Shown: positions 19,743 through 29,925, numbered from the stretch's first letter. The stretch: DNA of 64,000 bases from Acidobacteriota bacterium (GCA_965248695.1 CBDFKD010000002.1:4128001-4192000), one strand, 5' to 3'. Notes: generated from the letters alone by a model not told the origin. Numbers and translations are program-made.

Positions 19743-21107
19743 ATGAAACGCTCATTCGACGACCACGTGCTCGACGATCTCGGGCAACGCGTACGACCGC
19801 TGATCGACAAGATCGTGGAGTGCTACCCCGGCGACCCGAGCAGCCGCCAGCCGGTGCATACGGTGTACGGCGGCGCACAGTTGTTTCGTGCCGGCACCGC
19901 TCGTCGTCTGGGAGACTTGGCGCTACGGGATCTCGAGGCGTACGCGCCCGACGCGACGACATTCGGCGATGCGATCGGACTACGAGCCGACGAGGCTCTG
20001 CGCCGCACCGTCTACGAGCGCGTGCGTAGCAAGCTCGAGACCGAGCCGGTAGAGGACTTCCGCATCGACTTTGAAGACGGTTACGGCAAGCGTCCGGACG
20101 ACGAGGAGGACACCTGCGCAGCGGCCGCTGCGGAGGCCGTCGCCGAAGCCATGAGCACCGGGTCACTGCCGCCGTTTATCGGCATTCGCATCAAACCGCC
20201 GGCCGGCGAGCACTGCCGGCGCAGCGTATCGACGCTCGACATCTTCGTATCAACGCTGCTTGATCGGACTGGCGGTCGGCTTCCCGATGGATTCACCGTG
20301 ACGGTGCCCAAAGTGATGGATCCGGAAGAGGTGGCGATCTTTGTCGACGTGCTCGAGCAACTGGAGCTCGCAGTCGGCCTGGAGTCCGGGACGCTCGATC
20401 TGGAGCTCATGATCGAGACACCTCAATCGATCCTTGCGAGCGATGGCTCGTCGATGTTGCCGGCGCTGGTGCGGGCGGCCCGGGGCCGCTGCAAGGGCGC
20501 CCACTTCGGCGTCTATGACTACACCGCGGCGGCAGAGATCAGCGCTCAGTATCAGGTGCTCGATCACCCAGCCTGCGACTTTGCTCGCCACCTGATGAAG
20601 GTCGCTCTTGCCGGAACCGGAGTGATGCTCTCGGACGGCGCCACCAACGTGATCCCGGTGCCGGTGCATCGGCCGGCGGCCGGCGCTGTGCTCTCGTCGG
20701 CGCAGGCAGAAGAGAACCGAGTCTCGGTCCACCGTGCCTGGCGGCTGCACTATGAGCACGTGCGCCACTCGCTACGACACGGCTTCTATCAAGGATGGGA
20801 TTTGAACCCCGCGCAGCTGCCCACGCGCTACGCTGCGGTGTACGCGTTCTTTCTGGAGAGCGTGGCAGCAGCGACCGAGCGCCTACGTAACTTCGTTTCG
20901 GTCGCCGCGCAGGCGACGCTGGTCGGCGAGGTCTTCGACGATGCGGCCACCGGGCAGGGCCTGCTGAACTTCTTTCTGCGTGGGCTCGGATGTGGCGCGT
21001 TGAGCGAAAGCGAGGTGCTCGATACGGGGCTGTCGCTAGAGGAGCTACGCAGCCGCTCCTTCGTGACCATCCTGGCGGGTCGTCGTGATCGTACGCATCA
21101 AGACTAG
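19743..21107 (+). CDS. HpcH/HpaI aldolase-citrate lyase superfamily protein (DUF6986-like)
   Basis: RQPVHTVYGGA, DFRIDFEDGYG, ELMIETPQ, HFGVYDY, LSDGATN, QGWDL. Confidence 0.75.
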   Translation: MKRSFDDHVLDDLGQRVRPLIDKIVECYPGDPSSRQPVHTVYGGAQLFRAGTARRLGDLALRDLEAYAPDATTFGDAIGLRADEALRRTVYERVRSKLETEPVEDFRIDFEDGYGKRPDDEEDTCAAAAAEAVAEAMSTGSLPPFIGIRIKPPAGEHCRRSVSTLDIFVSTLLDRTGGRLPDGFTVTVPKVMDPEEVAIFVDVLEQLELAVGLESGTLDLELMIETPQSILASDGSSMLPALVRAARGRCKGAHFGVYDYTAAAEISAQYQVLDHPACDFARHLMKVALAGTGVMLSDGATNVIPVPVHRPAAGAVLSSAQAEENRVSVHRAWRLHYEHVRHSLRHGFYQGWDLNPAQLPTRYAAVYAFFLESVAAATERLRNFVSVAAQATLVGEVFDDAATGQGLLNFFLRGLGCGALSESEVLDTGLSLEELRSRSFVTILAGRRDRTHQD

Positions 21108-21445
21108 TGGCCGCGATAGGTCGAGAAGCCGAACGGGCTCAGCAACAGGGGGACGTGATAATGGTCATCGCCTTCGGTGATCGTGAACACCACGTCCACC
21201 TGCGGGTAGAAGCACGGAGTGCTCCGTGCCTCGTAGTAGGCGCCGGTCGCGAACCGCAGGCGATAGGTGCCAGGAGCGAGCTGTTCCCCCTGATCCAGGA
21301 GGCCGGCAGCGCGACCGTCGCTATCGGTGGCGCCGGTGGCAAGTTGCTCCCAATTGTCGGCGTGGCGCCGGAAAAGGGCGACCTGCACGTTGGTGGCCGG
21401 ACCACCCAGCGAGGTGTCGAGGACATGTGTGCTCACCGTGCTCAT
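21104..21445 (-). CDS. uraH: 5-hydroxyisourate hydrolase
   Basis: STHVLD, TDSDGR, HYHVPLLLSPFGFSTYRG. Confidence 0.95.
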   Translation of the reverse strand: MSTVSTHVLDTSLGGPATNVQVALFRRHADNWEQLATGATDSDGRAAGLLDQGEQLAPGTYRLRFATGAYYEARSTPCFYPQVDVVFTITEGDDHYHVPLLLSPFGFSTYRGH

Positions 21446-21957
21446 GAGGCCAACAGCTTACTCAACCGCAGGCGAGTGATGCGACGCTGCTGCTCAGCGG
21501 CGACCTGGAGCTCGGTATCGGGATCGTTGAGCAAGCGACGTTGGGCTTCCGCCAGCATCTCGGTGACGTTCCGTCCTGTAGCACAGATCAGAAACACGTA
21601 GCCGAAGCGTTCGTAGTAAGCGTCGTTGGCGGTGCCTAGGCGGTGACGCACCGACGCGTCGGCGCCATCGACCCCGGCTTGCTCGCCGCTCGACCAGCTG
21701 CGGGTGGCAGCGAAGCGGTTTTCTTGTGCGTCATCACCACCGATGCGCGGATGGTGACTAAACGCCTCCAGCCAGTCCTTTCGCTCCAGCGTGCCGCAGA
21801 TCTCGTCTGCGGCTGAGAGTAGCGACTCGGTATCGGCGAAAGGGCGCCGCGCGAGCATTCGCTCGCCCCACCGGTGCGCCCCGCAACAGCGAAGAAGCTC
21901 GCGTTCGGCTTCTTCGCGGGGCAGCGCATTCAGCCAGTCGAGGCGCGACTCCATCAC
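21442..21957 (-). CDS. uraD: OHCU decarboxylase
   Basis: CCG, AFSHHPRIG, EQAG, YYERFGYVFLICATG, EQQRRITRLRL. Confidence 0.93.
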   Translation of the reverse strand: MMESRLDWLNALPREEAERELLRCCGAHRWGERMLARRPFADTESLLSAADEICGTLERKDWLEAFSHHPRIGGDDAQENRFAATRSWSSGEQAGVDGADASVRHRLGTANDAYYERFGYVFLICATGRNVTEMLAEAQRRLLNDPDTELQVAAEQQRRITRLRLSKLLAS

Positions 21958-22961
21958 TCCGCGGCGCGCCCGAGCACACGCAAACGAGCGACACCCCCGT
22001 CTGGAAAGATGTTCAGGCGCACGTGGGTACCCTGTGCTGCCCTCTCGATCTCGAAACGATGGCTACCGTCGGCCTCTAGCTTCGACTCGGGTACGAGGGT
22101 GCGCCAGGCGTCGGCCGGCACCGATGCCAGCGGATCGCCGGTCAGGGCGGTGAACGCGGCGCCGAGATCTGCGATGTCGAGGCTACAACGATCCGGAAAG
22201 TTGCCCTTGAAGTGGCTCGTTTCCACCGTCACGGTCTCGACCGAGCCCCGCTGTCCGAGCCGCACGATGCACCAGTCGTGGCCGGGGCCACGTCTACGAC
22301 GCGTTTCCCAGCCGTCGTGCATGCCACTCGAGTCGCCAGAAGCGATGAGGTTCTGGGGGGCCGAGAAGTACATGTCGCTGCAGTCCACGATATTCGCCCC
22401 ACCCGCCGCCGCGGCCAGATCGGTGCGGTGCTCGGAGCTCGGTGTCCTCCCGGGGATGGCGATACCGTAGAGCCGTAGCCGCGCCACGCCCCCGTCCGGA
22501 TAGATGTTGAGGCGCACGTGTGTGATCGCCTCGGTCGACGCCAGGCGGAAGCGGTTCACCGCGTCGCCGTTCAGCGTCGATCGCGGCAGGATCTCGTGCC
22601 ACGCGGCACCGTCCGACGGCATCTCGTCGGCACACTGGCAAGCGTCGAGCGAGCAGCTCTCCGGATGGTTGCCGCTGAAGTGGGTTGTCTCCACACCGAC
22701 GCCGATGACGCGGCCCGGCACTCCGAGCCGCACGATGCACCAGTCGTTGCCCGGCTCACGCCGACGTCGCGATTCCCAACCGTCCATCCACTTGCCACGG
22801 TCGGTGTACTCACCCGGCAGGAAAACCGGCGGCGCGTCCTTCACGAGGTCCTCCTTGGGGGCGAAGAACTCGTCGTTGGCGAGCAGGGCGCGGCCACCGA
22901 ATCGTGCCGCGCCGAGATCAGTGAGTCGCGTGAAGTCGTCGGCTTCGGAGTCGTCGTTCAT
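21954..22961 (-). CDS. alc: Allantoicase
   Basis: Duplicated domain DGWE(S/T)RRRR.PG.DW, HF.GN, RLNI(Y/F)PDGGVARLR; ATG overlaps allB stop. Confidence 0.95.
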   Translation of the reverse strand: MNDDSEADDFTRLTDLGAARFGGRALLANDEFFAPKEDLVKDAPPVFLPGEYTDRGKWMDGWESRRRREPGNDWCIVRLGVPGRVIGVGVETTHFSGNHPESCSLDACQCADEMPSDGAAWHEILPRSTLNGDAVNRFRLASTEAITHVRLNIYPDGGVARLRLYGIAIPGRTPSSEHRTDLAAAAGGANIVDCSDMYFSAPQNLIASGDSSGMHDGWETRRRRGPGHDWCIVRLGQRGSVETVTVETSHFKGNFPDRCSLDIADLGAAFTALTGDPLASVPADAWRTLVPESKLEADGSHRFEIERAAQGTHVRLNIFPDGGVARLRVLGRAAE

Positions 22962-24313
22962 CGTGGCGCGTCGATCCACTGGCCGAGCGCGCGCCCTGAT
23001 GTCCCTCGATCGTAGACACATCGGCCACGCAGGAATGTCGCCACTACCCTGCCATGCAGCTCCATTCCGGCATAGGGAGTGTCGGCGTGGCGGTTGAGCA
23101 GCGCCGTCGGCTCGACCTGGAACGTCGTCTGCGGGTCAAAGGCCACCATGTCAGCGTCGAATCCGGGGGCAATCGACCCCTTGCAGTGCCCGATCCCGGC
23201 CAGGCGGGCGGGCTCGGTGCACATCCAGGCGCGCAGATGGTCGAGGCCGTGACCGCGCTGGCGCGCCCCCGTCCAGACCAGCGCCAGACCGAGCTGCAGG
23301 CCGGCGATGCCACCCCAGGCGCGGGTGAAGTCACCGCTGTCGATGCAGCGCATATCGGTCGGGCACGGAGAGTGATCGGAGGCGATCAGGTCGATGGTCC
23401 CCGCGTCCAGCGCCTCCCAGAGCGCTTCACGGTTCGCTCCGTCGCGGATGGGCGGGGCGCACTTGAGGGTCGTTGCACCGTCGGCGATGTCCTCGGCCAC
23501 CAGCGTCAGGTAGTGCGGGCAGGTCTCGACCGTGATCGGCGCGCCCGCGGCGCGCGCCGCCGCCAGCATCGGCACGCAGCTTGCGGCAGACAGATGCACG
23601 ATATGCGTGTGACAGCCAGACCTCTGGCTCAGATCGATCAACCGGGCGATCGAGGCGCGTTCGGCGGCTTCCGGCCTGGACGCGAGGTAACGGGCGTACA
23701 CCCGTGGTGCCGTCCGCAGACCGCTCGTCGCGGACGCGTGAGCGAGCTCGATCGGATCCTCGGCGTGCACCAGCAGCGGCTTGTGTCGGGTCGCGAGCGC
23801 CGTGGCCGCAGGCTCGAGTTCCGATTCCGGCAGGGCCGGAAACTCGTCCAGGCCGGATGGGCATAGGAAGCACTTGAGGCCGCGCGCCCCGGCGTCGAGC
23901 AGATCTCCCAGGTGACCCTGATTGCCGGGGACTACGCCTCCCCAGAAGCCGTAGTCGACGCTGCAGTTGCCGGCAGCCGCCTCGACCTTGGCATGCAGGG
24001 CCGCCACGGTCGTGGTTACCGGCGAACTGTTCAGCGGCATGTCGATGATGGTGGTGACGCCACCCGCCGCCGCCGCCAGCGAGGCGGTCTCGAACCCCTC
24101 CCAGTGGGCCCGGCCCGGTTCGTTGACGTGCACGTGCGTGTCGACGAGCCCTGGGAGCAGCCAATGTTCGCCAAACTCGGAGCGTCGCGCCGCAGTCAGA
24201 GTGCCGGGCTTGTCGACGGCAACGATGCGCCCACCCGCCACGCCGACGTCGGCTGCTTGAACGCCGTCAGGCAGGGCGACGTGCGAGCTGCTGAAAACGC
24301 TGTCCAGCTGCAT
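22958..24313 (-). CDS. allB: Allantoinase
   Basis: DTHVHVNEPGR, DMPLNS, KCFL, HIVHLS, ETCPHYL, KCAPPIR, SDHSP. Confidence 0.95.
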   Translation of the reverse strand: MQLDSVFSSSHVALPDGVQAADVGVAGGRIVAVDKPGTLTAARRSEFGEHWLLPGLVDTHVHVNEPGRAHWEGFETASLAAAAGGVTTIIDMPLNSSPVTTTVAALHAKVEAAAGNCSVDYGFWGGVVPGNQGHLGDLLDAGARGLKCFLCPSGLDEFPALPESELEPAATALATRHKPLLVHAEDPIELAHASATSGLRTAPRVYARYLASRPEAAERASIARLIDLSQRSGCHTHIVHLSAASCVPMLAAARAAGAPITVETCPHYLTLVAEDIADGATTLKCAPPIRDGANREALWEALDAGTIDLIASDHSPCPTDMRCIDSGDFTRAWGGIAGLQLGLALVWTGARQRGHGLDHLRAWMCTEPARLAGIGHCKGSIAPGFDADMVAFDPQTTFQVEPTALLNRHADTPYAGMELHGRVVATFLRGRCVYDRGTSGRALGQWIDAPR

Positions 24314-24367
24314 CCAAGCAGGGTACAGTTCCCGAGATCTCGATGTCCTCACCAAGGAGCTTGAACG

Positions 24368-25129
24368 ATGAAGCTGCGTGTTGCCGCGCTACCGCTGGTG
24401 TTCGCCGTTGCCTTGTTCGGATGTTCGACGAACGAACCAGACGCAGCCGACGCGGGCCACGACGAGCTCGCTGAAGAAGCCGGGCACGAGGAAAGCGCCG
24501 GGGTAGACGGCGACGATCACCACGGTGAGGAGAGAACCGACCGCGCCTACTTCTCGAAGCCGGACGAGGTCTACGCTTTTCTCGCCATCGGTGCCGGTGA
24601 CCGTGTGGTCGATGTCATGTCGGGGGGCGGTTACAACGCCGAGCGGCTGGCTGACCTGGTGGGAGAGGCCGGCCTGGTGCTGGCGGACGGTGGCAGCGAC
24701 GACTTCCGCGGCCGCTTCGACGCCGGCGGCGATCTGGAGTCGGCGAGCAATATCGCGTTCGTCGAGGGCCTTGGCGAGCTGGAGGATGGCAGCGTCGATG
24801 CCGTCGTGGCGGTGCGTGCCTACCACCTCTTCCCGGACGTGCCGGCGTCGCTGGCAGAGCTGCACCGCGCCCTCGTTCCGGGGGGCGTAGTCGGGGTAGT
24901 CGAGGTTCGGTTGAACGAGACCGAGGGCCACAACATGGACTCCCACCGCCTCGGTGAGGACACGGTCATCAGCGATTTCGAGGCGGCAGGATTCGAGTAT
25001 CTCGGCGAGTCCGAGATCTTGCGGCGTGACGATGATGACTATGCAGTGTTCATCCAGCCGGGCAAGACACGCTACATGACCGATCGCATGCTGCTGAAGT
25101 TCGGCAAGCCCGACGGCGCTACCAGCTAG
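24368..25129 (+). CDS. Lipoprotein with class I SAM-methyltransferase fold (COG4798-like)
   Basis: Lipobox LFGC; VVDVMSGGGYN motif I, AYH, LVPGG, TDRMLLKF. Confidence 0.75.
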   Translation: MKLRVAALPLVFAVALFGCSTNEPDAADAGHDELAEEAGHEESAGVDGDDHHGEERTDRAYFSKPDEVYAFLAIGAGDRVVDVMSGGGYNAERLADLVGEAGLVLADGGSDDFRGRFDAGGDLESASNIAFVEGLGELEDGSVDAVVAVRAYHLFPDVPASLAELHRALVPGGVVGVVEVRLNETEGHNMDSHRLGEDTVISDFEAAGFEYLGESEILRRDDDDYAVFIQPGKTRYMTDRMLLKFGKPDGATS

Positions 25130-25191
25130 CGACGCTGTACCGCGGCATGACAACGCTCGCTTCCGGCGTCGGCGGCGAGATGGGTTAGCTT

Positions 25192-27549
25192 GTGAGCCCC
25201 TCCGATTGTTGCCGGCAGGTTCCCGTGACTCTGAATATCTCCTCGCGCACGCCTTGCACGGTTTTCCAGCGCCTGGCGAACCTTGTCGTGATTGCAGCCC
25301 TGTCCTCGGCGGCTCAGGTTCACGCCCAGGCGCCGCCCAAGCCTGCGGAGGGGCTGATCGGGCTCGCCGGCGTCCGCGTCGCGGACCGCGATCGGTGGGA
25401 CGAGCTCGCTGTCACGGAAGCCGATCGCCAGCACCAGGTAGTGGCGGTGCGGGCCGCGGAGCCACCCGACATCGACGGCGCCGTCGATGATGCGGTCTGG
25501 TCTGACGCGACGCCGCTCACGATGTTCGTGCAATCGCAGCCCGACGAGGGAGCCGAGGCTACCGAGCGTACGGAGGTTCGTATCCTGTACGACACCGACG
25601 CCATCTATATCAGCGCGCATATGTGGGACTCGAACCCCGGCGCGGCGGTCTCGTCGGTGCTACGACGTGACGAGACGCACAACAACAACGACGCCTTCGC
25701 GGTCACCCTGGACACGTACCACGATCACCGCAACGGCTACTTCTTCGAAACCAACGCCCTGGGTGCCCGTTTCGACGCGCAGATCATCGGTGAGGGTGGA
25801 ACGGCCCGGCAGGGATTCGGAGCCACCTTCAACGCCGACTGGGACGCCGTCTGGCGCTCAGCTGGTCAGATCCACGCCGACGGATGGTCGGTGGAGATCG
25901 CCATCCCGTTCTGGGTACTGCGCTTTGATCGCACCAGCATGGACGCCTGGGGAATCAACTTCCGTCGCACGCTGAAGCGTAACGCCGAGCAGGACTTCTG
26001 GGCGCCGATTCCACGTCAGTTCAATGCCACACGCCTATCACTGTCGGGGATGCTGGTGGGGATGCAATCGGTCGCGCGGCCGCGCAACCTGCAGCTGAAG
26101 CCCTTCGGTCTGGGCGACATCGGACAGGTTCCCGGGGGTCCCGACGCAGCCCCGTACGCGCGCCACGACACGCGCTCGTCCGCCGACCTGGGCGGGGACA
26201 TCAAGTGGATCATGAGCCCCAACCTGACCTTCGACGGCACGGTCAACACAGACTTCGCTCAGGTCGAGGCCGACGACGTCCAGGTCAACCTGACCCGCTT
26301 CCCGCTGTTCTTTCCCGAGAAACGCGAGTTCTTCCTCGAGAACGCCGGCCTGTTCCAGTTCGGCAGCAGCAGCGGTCGGGACGGACCGCGGGTCATCGGT
26401 TTCCATTCACGCGGCATCGGCATCTTTCAGGGGGGCGAGGTCCCGATCCTCGCTGGGGCGCGGCTTACCGGAAAGGCCGGCGGCTGGAATATCGGCGCCG
26501 TGAACATGCAGACGGGCGCTGTCGACGGGCTCGGTCTGGGCTCCCAGAACCACGGCGTGCTTCGCGTTCGGCGTGAGCTCGGCAACCGCTCGAACGTCGG
26601 CTTGCTGTTCACCAACCAACAGGAGAGCGGCTCGCGATACAACCGCTCACTGGGCGTCGACGGACGCTGGGCGATCGGCGGCGCTACCATCGATGGATGG
26701 TGGATGAAGACGGACGGTCCGGAGGCTGCCGAGGGCTCGGATTCGGCCGGTGCCGTCAGGTTCGACTGGGCCAACTCGAGGTTCTCGGTCAACGGCTCGG
26801 CCATGGACGTTGGCGAGGCCTTTGACCCCGGGCTCGGATTCGTCAACCGAGTTGGCCTGCGCGCCTATACCAGCACTGTAATGTGGACACCCTTCTTTCC
26901 CGAGTCGCCGGCAGTGCGCAACCTGGCGCCGCACGTTTCGATGTCGTATGTCACCGACCGTCAGAACCGCCTGCTGACCCGGCGTGAGCACTATGATTTC
27001 GACTTGTTTCTGCGCCGCGGTGACAAGCTCAGCATCGAGAATAACCGCCGGTTCGAGCTGCTCGACCTGCCATTCGAGATCGTGCCAGGGGTGATCATCC
27101 CGCCGGGCGAGTATCAGTTCGACGCCATCAAGCTCGAGGCACAGTCCGATCGAAGTCGACCGGTCTGGGGGCTGGTCTGGCTCGATATCGGCGATTTCTT
27201 TGATGGCAAGCAGAAGGTCTGGCGTTTTCAGGCTGGGCTGCGGGCCGGAGCCAGGTTCGCAGCTTCGCTGCAGCTGGACCGCAACGACATCGATCTACCC
27301 GGCGGCGACTTCGTGGCCGATATCTGGCGTGCCCGACTTGCTTACGATTTCAACACCCGGCTCTTCCTGTCCGGTCTGTTCCAGTACGACAACATCTCCA
27401 ATCAGTTTCTCAGCAACGTACGGCTGAACTTCATCCACACGCCGGGCGCCGACCTGTTCCTGGTCTACAACGAGCGTCGCCTCACCGAGGACCCGACGCT
27501 GATCGATCGATCGATCATCCTCAAGATCACCCAGCTGTTCCGGCTTTAG
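25192..27549 (+). CDS. CBM9-like sugar-binding + DUF5916 outer-membrane protein (start uncertain)
   Basis: PDIDGAVDDAVW, TEVRILYD, DTYHD, EIAIPF, TVNTDFAQVEAD, RFPLFFPEKREFFLE. Confidence 0.85.
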   Translation: MSPSDCCRQVPVTLNISSRTPCTVFQRLANLVVIAALSSAAQVHAQAPPKPAEGLIGLAGVRVADRDRWDELAVTEADRQHQVVAVRAAEPPDIDGAVDDAVWSDATPLTMFVQSQPDEGAEATERTEVRILYDTDAIYISAHMWDSNPGAAVSSVLRRDETHNNNDAFAVTLDTYHDHRNGYFFETNALGARFDAQIIGEGGTARQGFGATFNADWDAVWRSAGQIHADGWSVEIAIPFWVLRFDRTSMDAWGINFRRTLKRNAEQDFWAPIPRQFNATRLSLSGMLVGMQSVARPRNLQLKPFGLGDIGQVPGGPDAAPYARHDTRSSADLGGDIKWIMSPNLTFDGTVNTDFAQVEADDVQVNLTRFPLFFPEKREFFLENAGLFQFGSSSGRDGPRVIGFHSRGIGIFQGGEVPILAGARLTGKAGGWNIGAVNMQTGAVDGLGLGSQNHGVLRVRRELGNRSNVGLLFTNQQESGSRYNRSLGVDGRWAIGGATIDGWWMKTDGPEAAEGSDSAGAVRFDWANSRFSVNGSAMDVGEAFDPGLGFVNRVGLRAYTSTVMWTPFFPESPAVRNLAPHVSMSYVTDRQNRLLTRREHYDFDLFLRRGDKLSIENNRRFELLDLPFEIVPGVIIPPGEYQFDAIKLEAQSDRSRPVWGLVWLDIGDFFDGKQKVWRFQAGLRAGARFAASLQLDRNDIDLPGGDFVADIWRARLAYDFNTRLFLSGLFQYDNISNQFLSNVRLNFIHTPGADLFLVYNERRLTEDPTLIDRSIILKITQLFRL

Positions 27550-27576
27550 GGCGACCACCAGGCGTATGTCAGGGCG

Positions 27577-28512
27577 CTACTGCGGCTGGCGTATGACCGG
27601 CTCGTTCAGCCGCAGGCCGACGTCTTGCTCGGCGGCGTGCCCCTGCAGGTCGTAGAACGACGGGGGCGGCAGCGACATCAGCGACAGCTGAACGCGTGCT
27701 GGCGCGTTGATGTCGATCGGGATCTCGATGCCGCTAACCGGCACCTCGACGACGTGCTGCTCCTGTCGATCGCCGGCGCGGATGTGAATGTGCAGCGTGC
27801 CGGGCTCCGGCAGCGGCCGGCCGTACGCGCGGATCTGGCTTGTTCGAAGGACGGCGCCCGGCAGAACATCGAGATCGAAGTTGATCCCGGACAGGTAGGG
27901 GAGAATGAGGCCGCGGTTGCGGCTCGGCCGTTCCAGACGTGGCAGCGCCGTTACGGTGGCATCGAAGAACCGCACTTCGTCGAAGGCGAATCGCAGCGCC
28001 GCGCCCTGCGACGCCCCGTCGCCAGGCGGCCGATCGAAGCCGAAGGTGAGGTGATTGGCGCCGGTTCGCAGGAAGCGCTCCGGCAGCGGTACCGTGTAGT
28101 CATCCCAGCCTGCCACTACCTCGACCGCCTCCGCCAACGTCACGCCGTTGAGTCGGAGGTGGATCTTCGACACCCCGGGGTCCCCCTCCTGCACGTTCGG
28201 GCGGCCGCGGAATCGGACGCGCTGCACGGGCGATTCGATCTGGAAGAACCTCAGCGATGCGTGTGTTCCACGAGCCCACACGAAGGTCTCATCCTCACGC
28301 TGCGCCCAGCGCTCGTCGACCGGCGACCAGCCATCGACCAGGTGGCGACGTGCAGCGCTGTGTCCGAGGTCGATCGCGCTCGTCTCGACGAAGATCTCGG
28401 AGCTCTCGAACAGGGCTGTCAGATCAATAGCACGCTCGTCGGTGCAGGAGACCGACAGCAGCAAGCCGCAACCTATGACGGCATGCCGGTAGCACGTAGG
28501 GCTTCGCAGCAT
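27577..28512 (-). CDS. Hypothetical lipoprotein
   Basis: LLLSVSC lipobox; LVDGWS...FVWARG beta-sandwich-like segment. Confidence 0.65.
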   Translation of the reverse strand: MLRSPTCYRHAVIGCGLLLSVSCTDERAIDLTALFESSEIFVETSAIDLGHSAARRHLVDGWSPVDERWAQREDETFVWARGTHASLRFFQIESPVQRVRFRGRPNVQEGDPGVSKIHLRLNGVTLAEAVEVVAGWDDYTVPLPERFLRTGANHLTFGFDRPPGDGASQGAALRFAFDEVRFFDATVTALPRLERPSRNRGLILPYLSGINFDLDVLPGAVLRTSQIRAYGRPLPEPGTLHIHIRAGDRQEQHVVEVPVSGIEIPIDINAPARVQLSLMSLPPPSFYDLQGHAAEQDVGLRLNEPVIRQPQ

Positions 28513-28667
28513 GCGACATCGTAGCCACGCCCCAGGGTTGGGCGCAATTCCGTCGTCCGAGTCGGCTCAGGGCGCCGAGGCGCTGGCGGCCAAACGCGGA
28601 AGCGCCCCGAAGTCCCCCCCGGGGCGCCAACGAGCCTCAGCCGCTGAGACCGACGATGAAGAGCCAA

Positions 28668-29189
28668 TCACCACATGCGGATGCGGATTTCTTCGTCTGA
28701 GTCGATCACGTGCACCAGCTCGCCGCTCGGCGCTGCCTTGAGCGCTCCGATCAGACGGCTGGTGCGAAGCGTCTGGGTGTCGGTGTCATACGCGTCGACC
28801 ATCGCCGCGAGCGACGCAAGCGGCACGGACACTCGCACCATCTCGTCGCGCCGCTCGTCGACCTCGACACGCAGCACGTCGCCGCGCTTGAAGATCTTGA
28901 CGTGATCGTCGCCGTCCTCCACCTCGACGAGCAGTGCGTCCGGAACCTCTCGCAGCTCCTGCACAATGCGGTCGAAGTACGGTAGGAACTCGGCGATTTC
29001 GGGCACGTGAATGTACTTGGCCTCGTCGGGCGCGAACACCAGCACGACCTGCGCGAGCGACAGCGGCACCGGGACGACAATCCGCACGTCGTCGGTATCG
29101 ATGTCAACCAACATGATCGACGAGTTCATCACGACTCCGCCCACCATCAACATGGGCAGCATCGTCAAAGCGGCGAGCTTGATCAGCAT
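28668..29189 (-). CDS. Hypothetical membrane-anchored protein
   Basis: N-terminal hydrophobic helix; resembles downstream-adjacent 185-aa protein (VRIVVPVPLSL, LRVEVDE..E.VRVSVP, LVHVIDSDEEIRI). Confidence 0.75.
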   Translation of the reverse strand: MLIKLAALTMLPMLMVGGVVMNSSIMLVDIDTDDVRIVVPVPLSLAQVVLVFAPDEAKYIHVPEIAEFLPYFDRIVQELREVPDALLVEVEDGDDHVKIFKRGDVLRVEVDERRDEMVRVSVPLASLAAMVDAYDTDTQTLRTSRLIGALKAAPSGELVHVIDSDEEIRIRMW

Positions 29190-29243
29190 GGTCTAGCAGT
29201 CCGTGGTGGAAGTGTGGTGGGTCTGGTTACGGCGAGTTGGGGC

Positions 29244-29801
29244 CTAGCCCTGTGGATTGGTGTCGATCCAGATGTTGACGTTCGTGTCGCCGTCCTGCAC
29301 CTGGAGGATCTGGCCGTCATTGGCGGTCGCCATCTCGCGCAGCGCGCCGACCAGGTTGAGCTCGTCACCCTCGCCCTCGAAGAGCACGTCGACGACCGAG
29401 AACGGCACCTGCAGACGTACTTTCTCGTCGCCGTCCTCGTCGACTTCGATATGGACGGCGTTACCCTGCCGGTAGATGCGAACGTGCTTATCCTCGTCGT
29501 CGATGCTGACATACTCGGCGTCGCCGGCCAAGCGAAGCTCGTCCCACATACGCCGCAAGTCGGCAAGCTCCAGATCGTGATGGCGACCGAAGTCGATGCC
29601 GTGTTCGCCATCGAAGATCTGGTTCTGGGCCACGTCCATCGCCACTTCCACCAGGGACATCGGCAGGTTGACGTTGACCTTGGCGCCGTCGGTCTCGTTG
29701 ACGCGAATGTGGATCCAGGAGCTCTCCTGGGCCTCTACGACTACAGCCGAGCCGGTCAGCACCAGGGCTGTTGCGGCCAGCGCGATAAATCTACGGTTCA
29801 T
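29244..29801 (-). CDS. Hypothetical secreted protein
   Basis: Signal peptide ending VEA-Q, GGAG RBS, internal duplication IHIRV..KVNVNLP / VHIEV..KVRLQVP. Confidence 0.8.
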   Translation of the reverse strand: MNRRFIALAATALVLTGSAVVVEAQESSWIHIRVNETDGAKVNVNLPMSLVEVAMDVAQNQIFDGEHGIDFGRHHDLELADLRRMWDELRLAGDAEYVSIDDEDKHVRIYRQGNAVHIEVDEDGDEKVRLQVPFSVVDVLFEGEGDELNLVGALREMATANDGQILQVQDGDTNVNIWIDTNPQG

Positions 29802-29852
29802 TGCCGTCTCCTGTCGGCTACGTGGAAGCTCGATGTCGCCCTAGCAGGTTCC

Positions 29853-29925
29853 TACGGCGCTGTTGGCCGTCGGTTTCACTGGGTAACCCTAATCTAGTGA
29901 CGAGTGGCGCCACACTTTGGTTTCA
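29853..29925 (-). promoter_or_regulatory. Tandem ECF-type promoters TGAAAC-N17-CGTC (29899-29925) and TGAAAC-N16-CGTA (29853-29878)
   Basis: Read directly on minus strand, upstream of the gene starting at 29801 and divergent from an ECF gene. Confidence 0.7.

Noticed and set aside
21954-22961. Internal DNA repeats such as CGCACGATGCACCAGTCG
   Set aside because: Known two-domain duplication of allantoicase.
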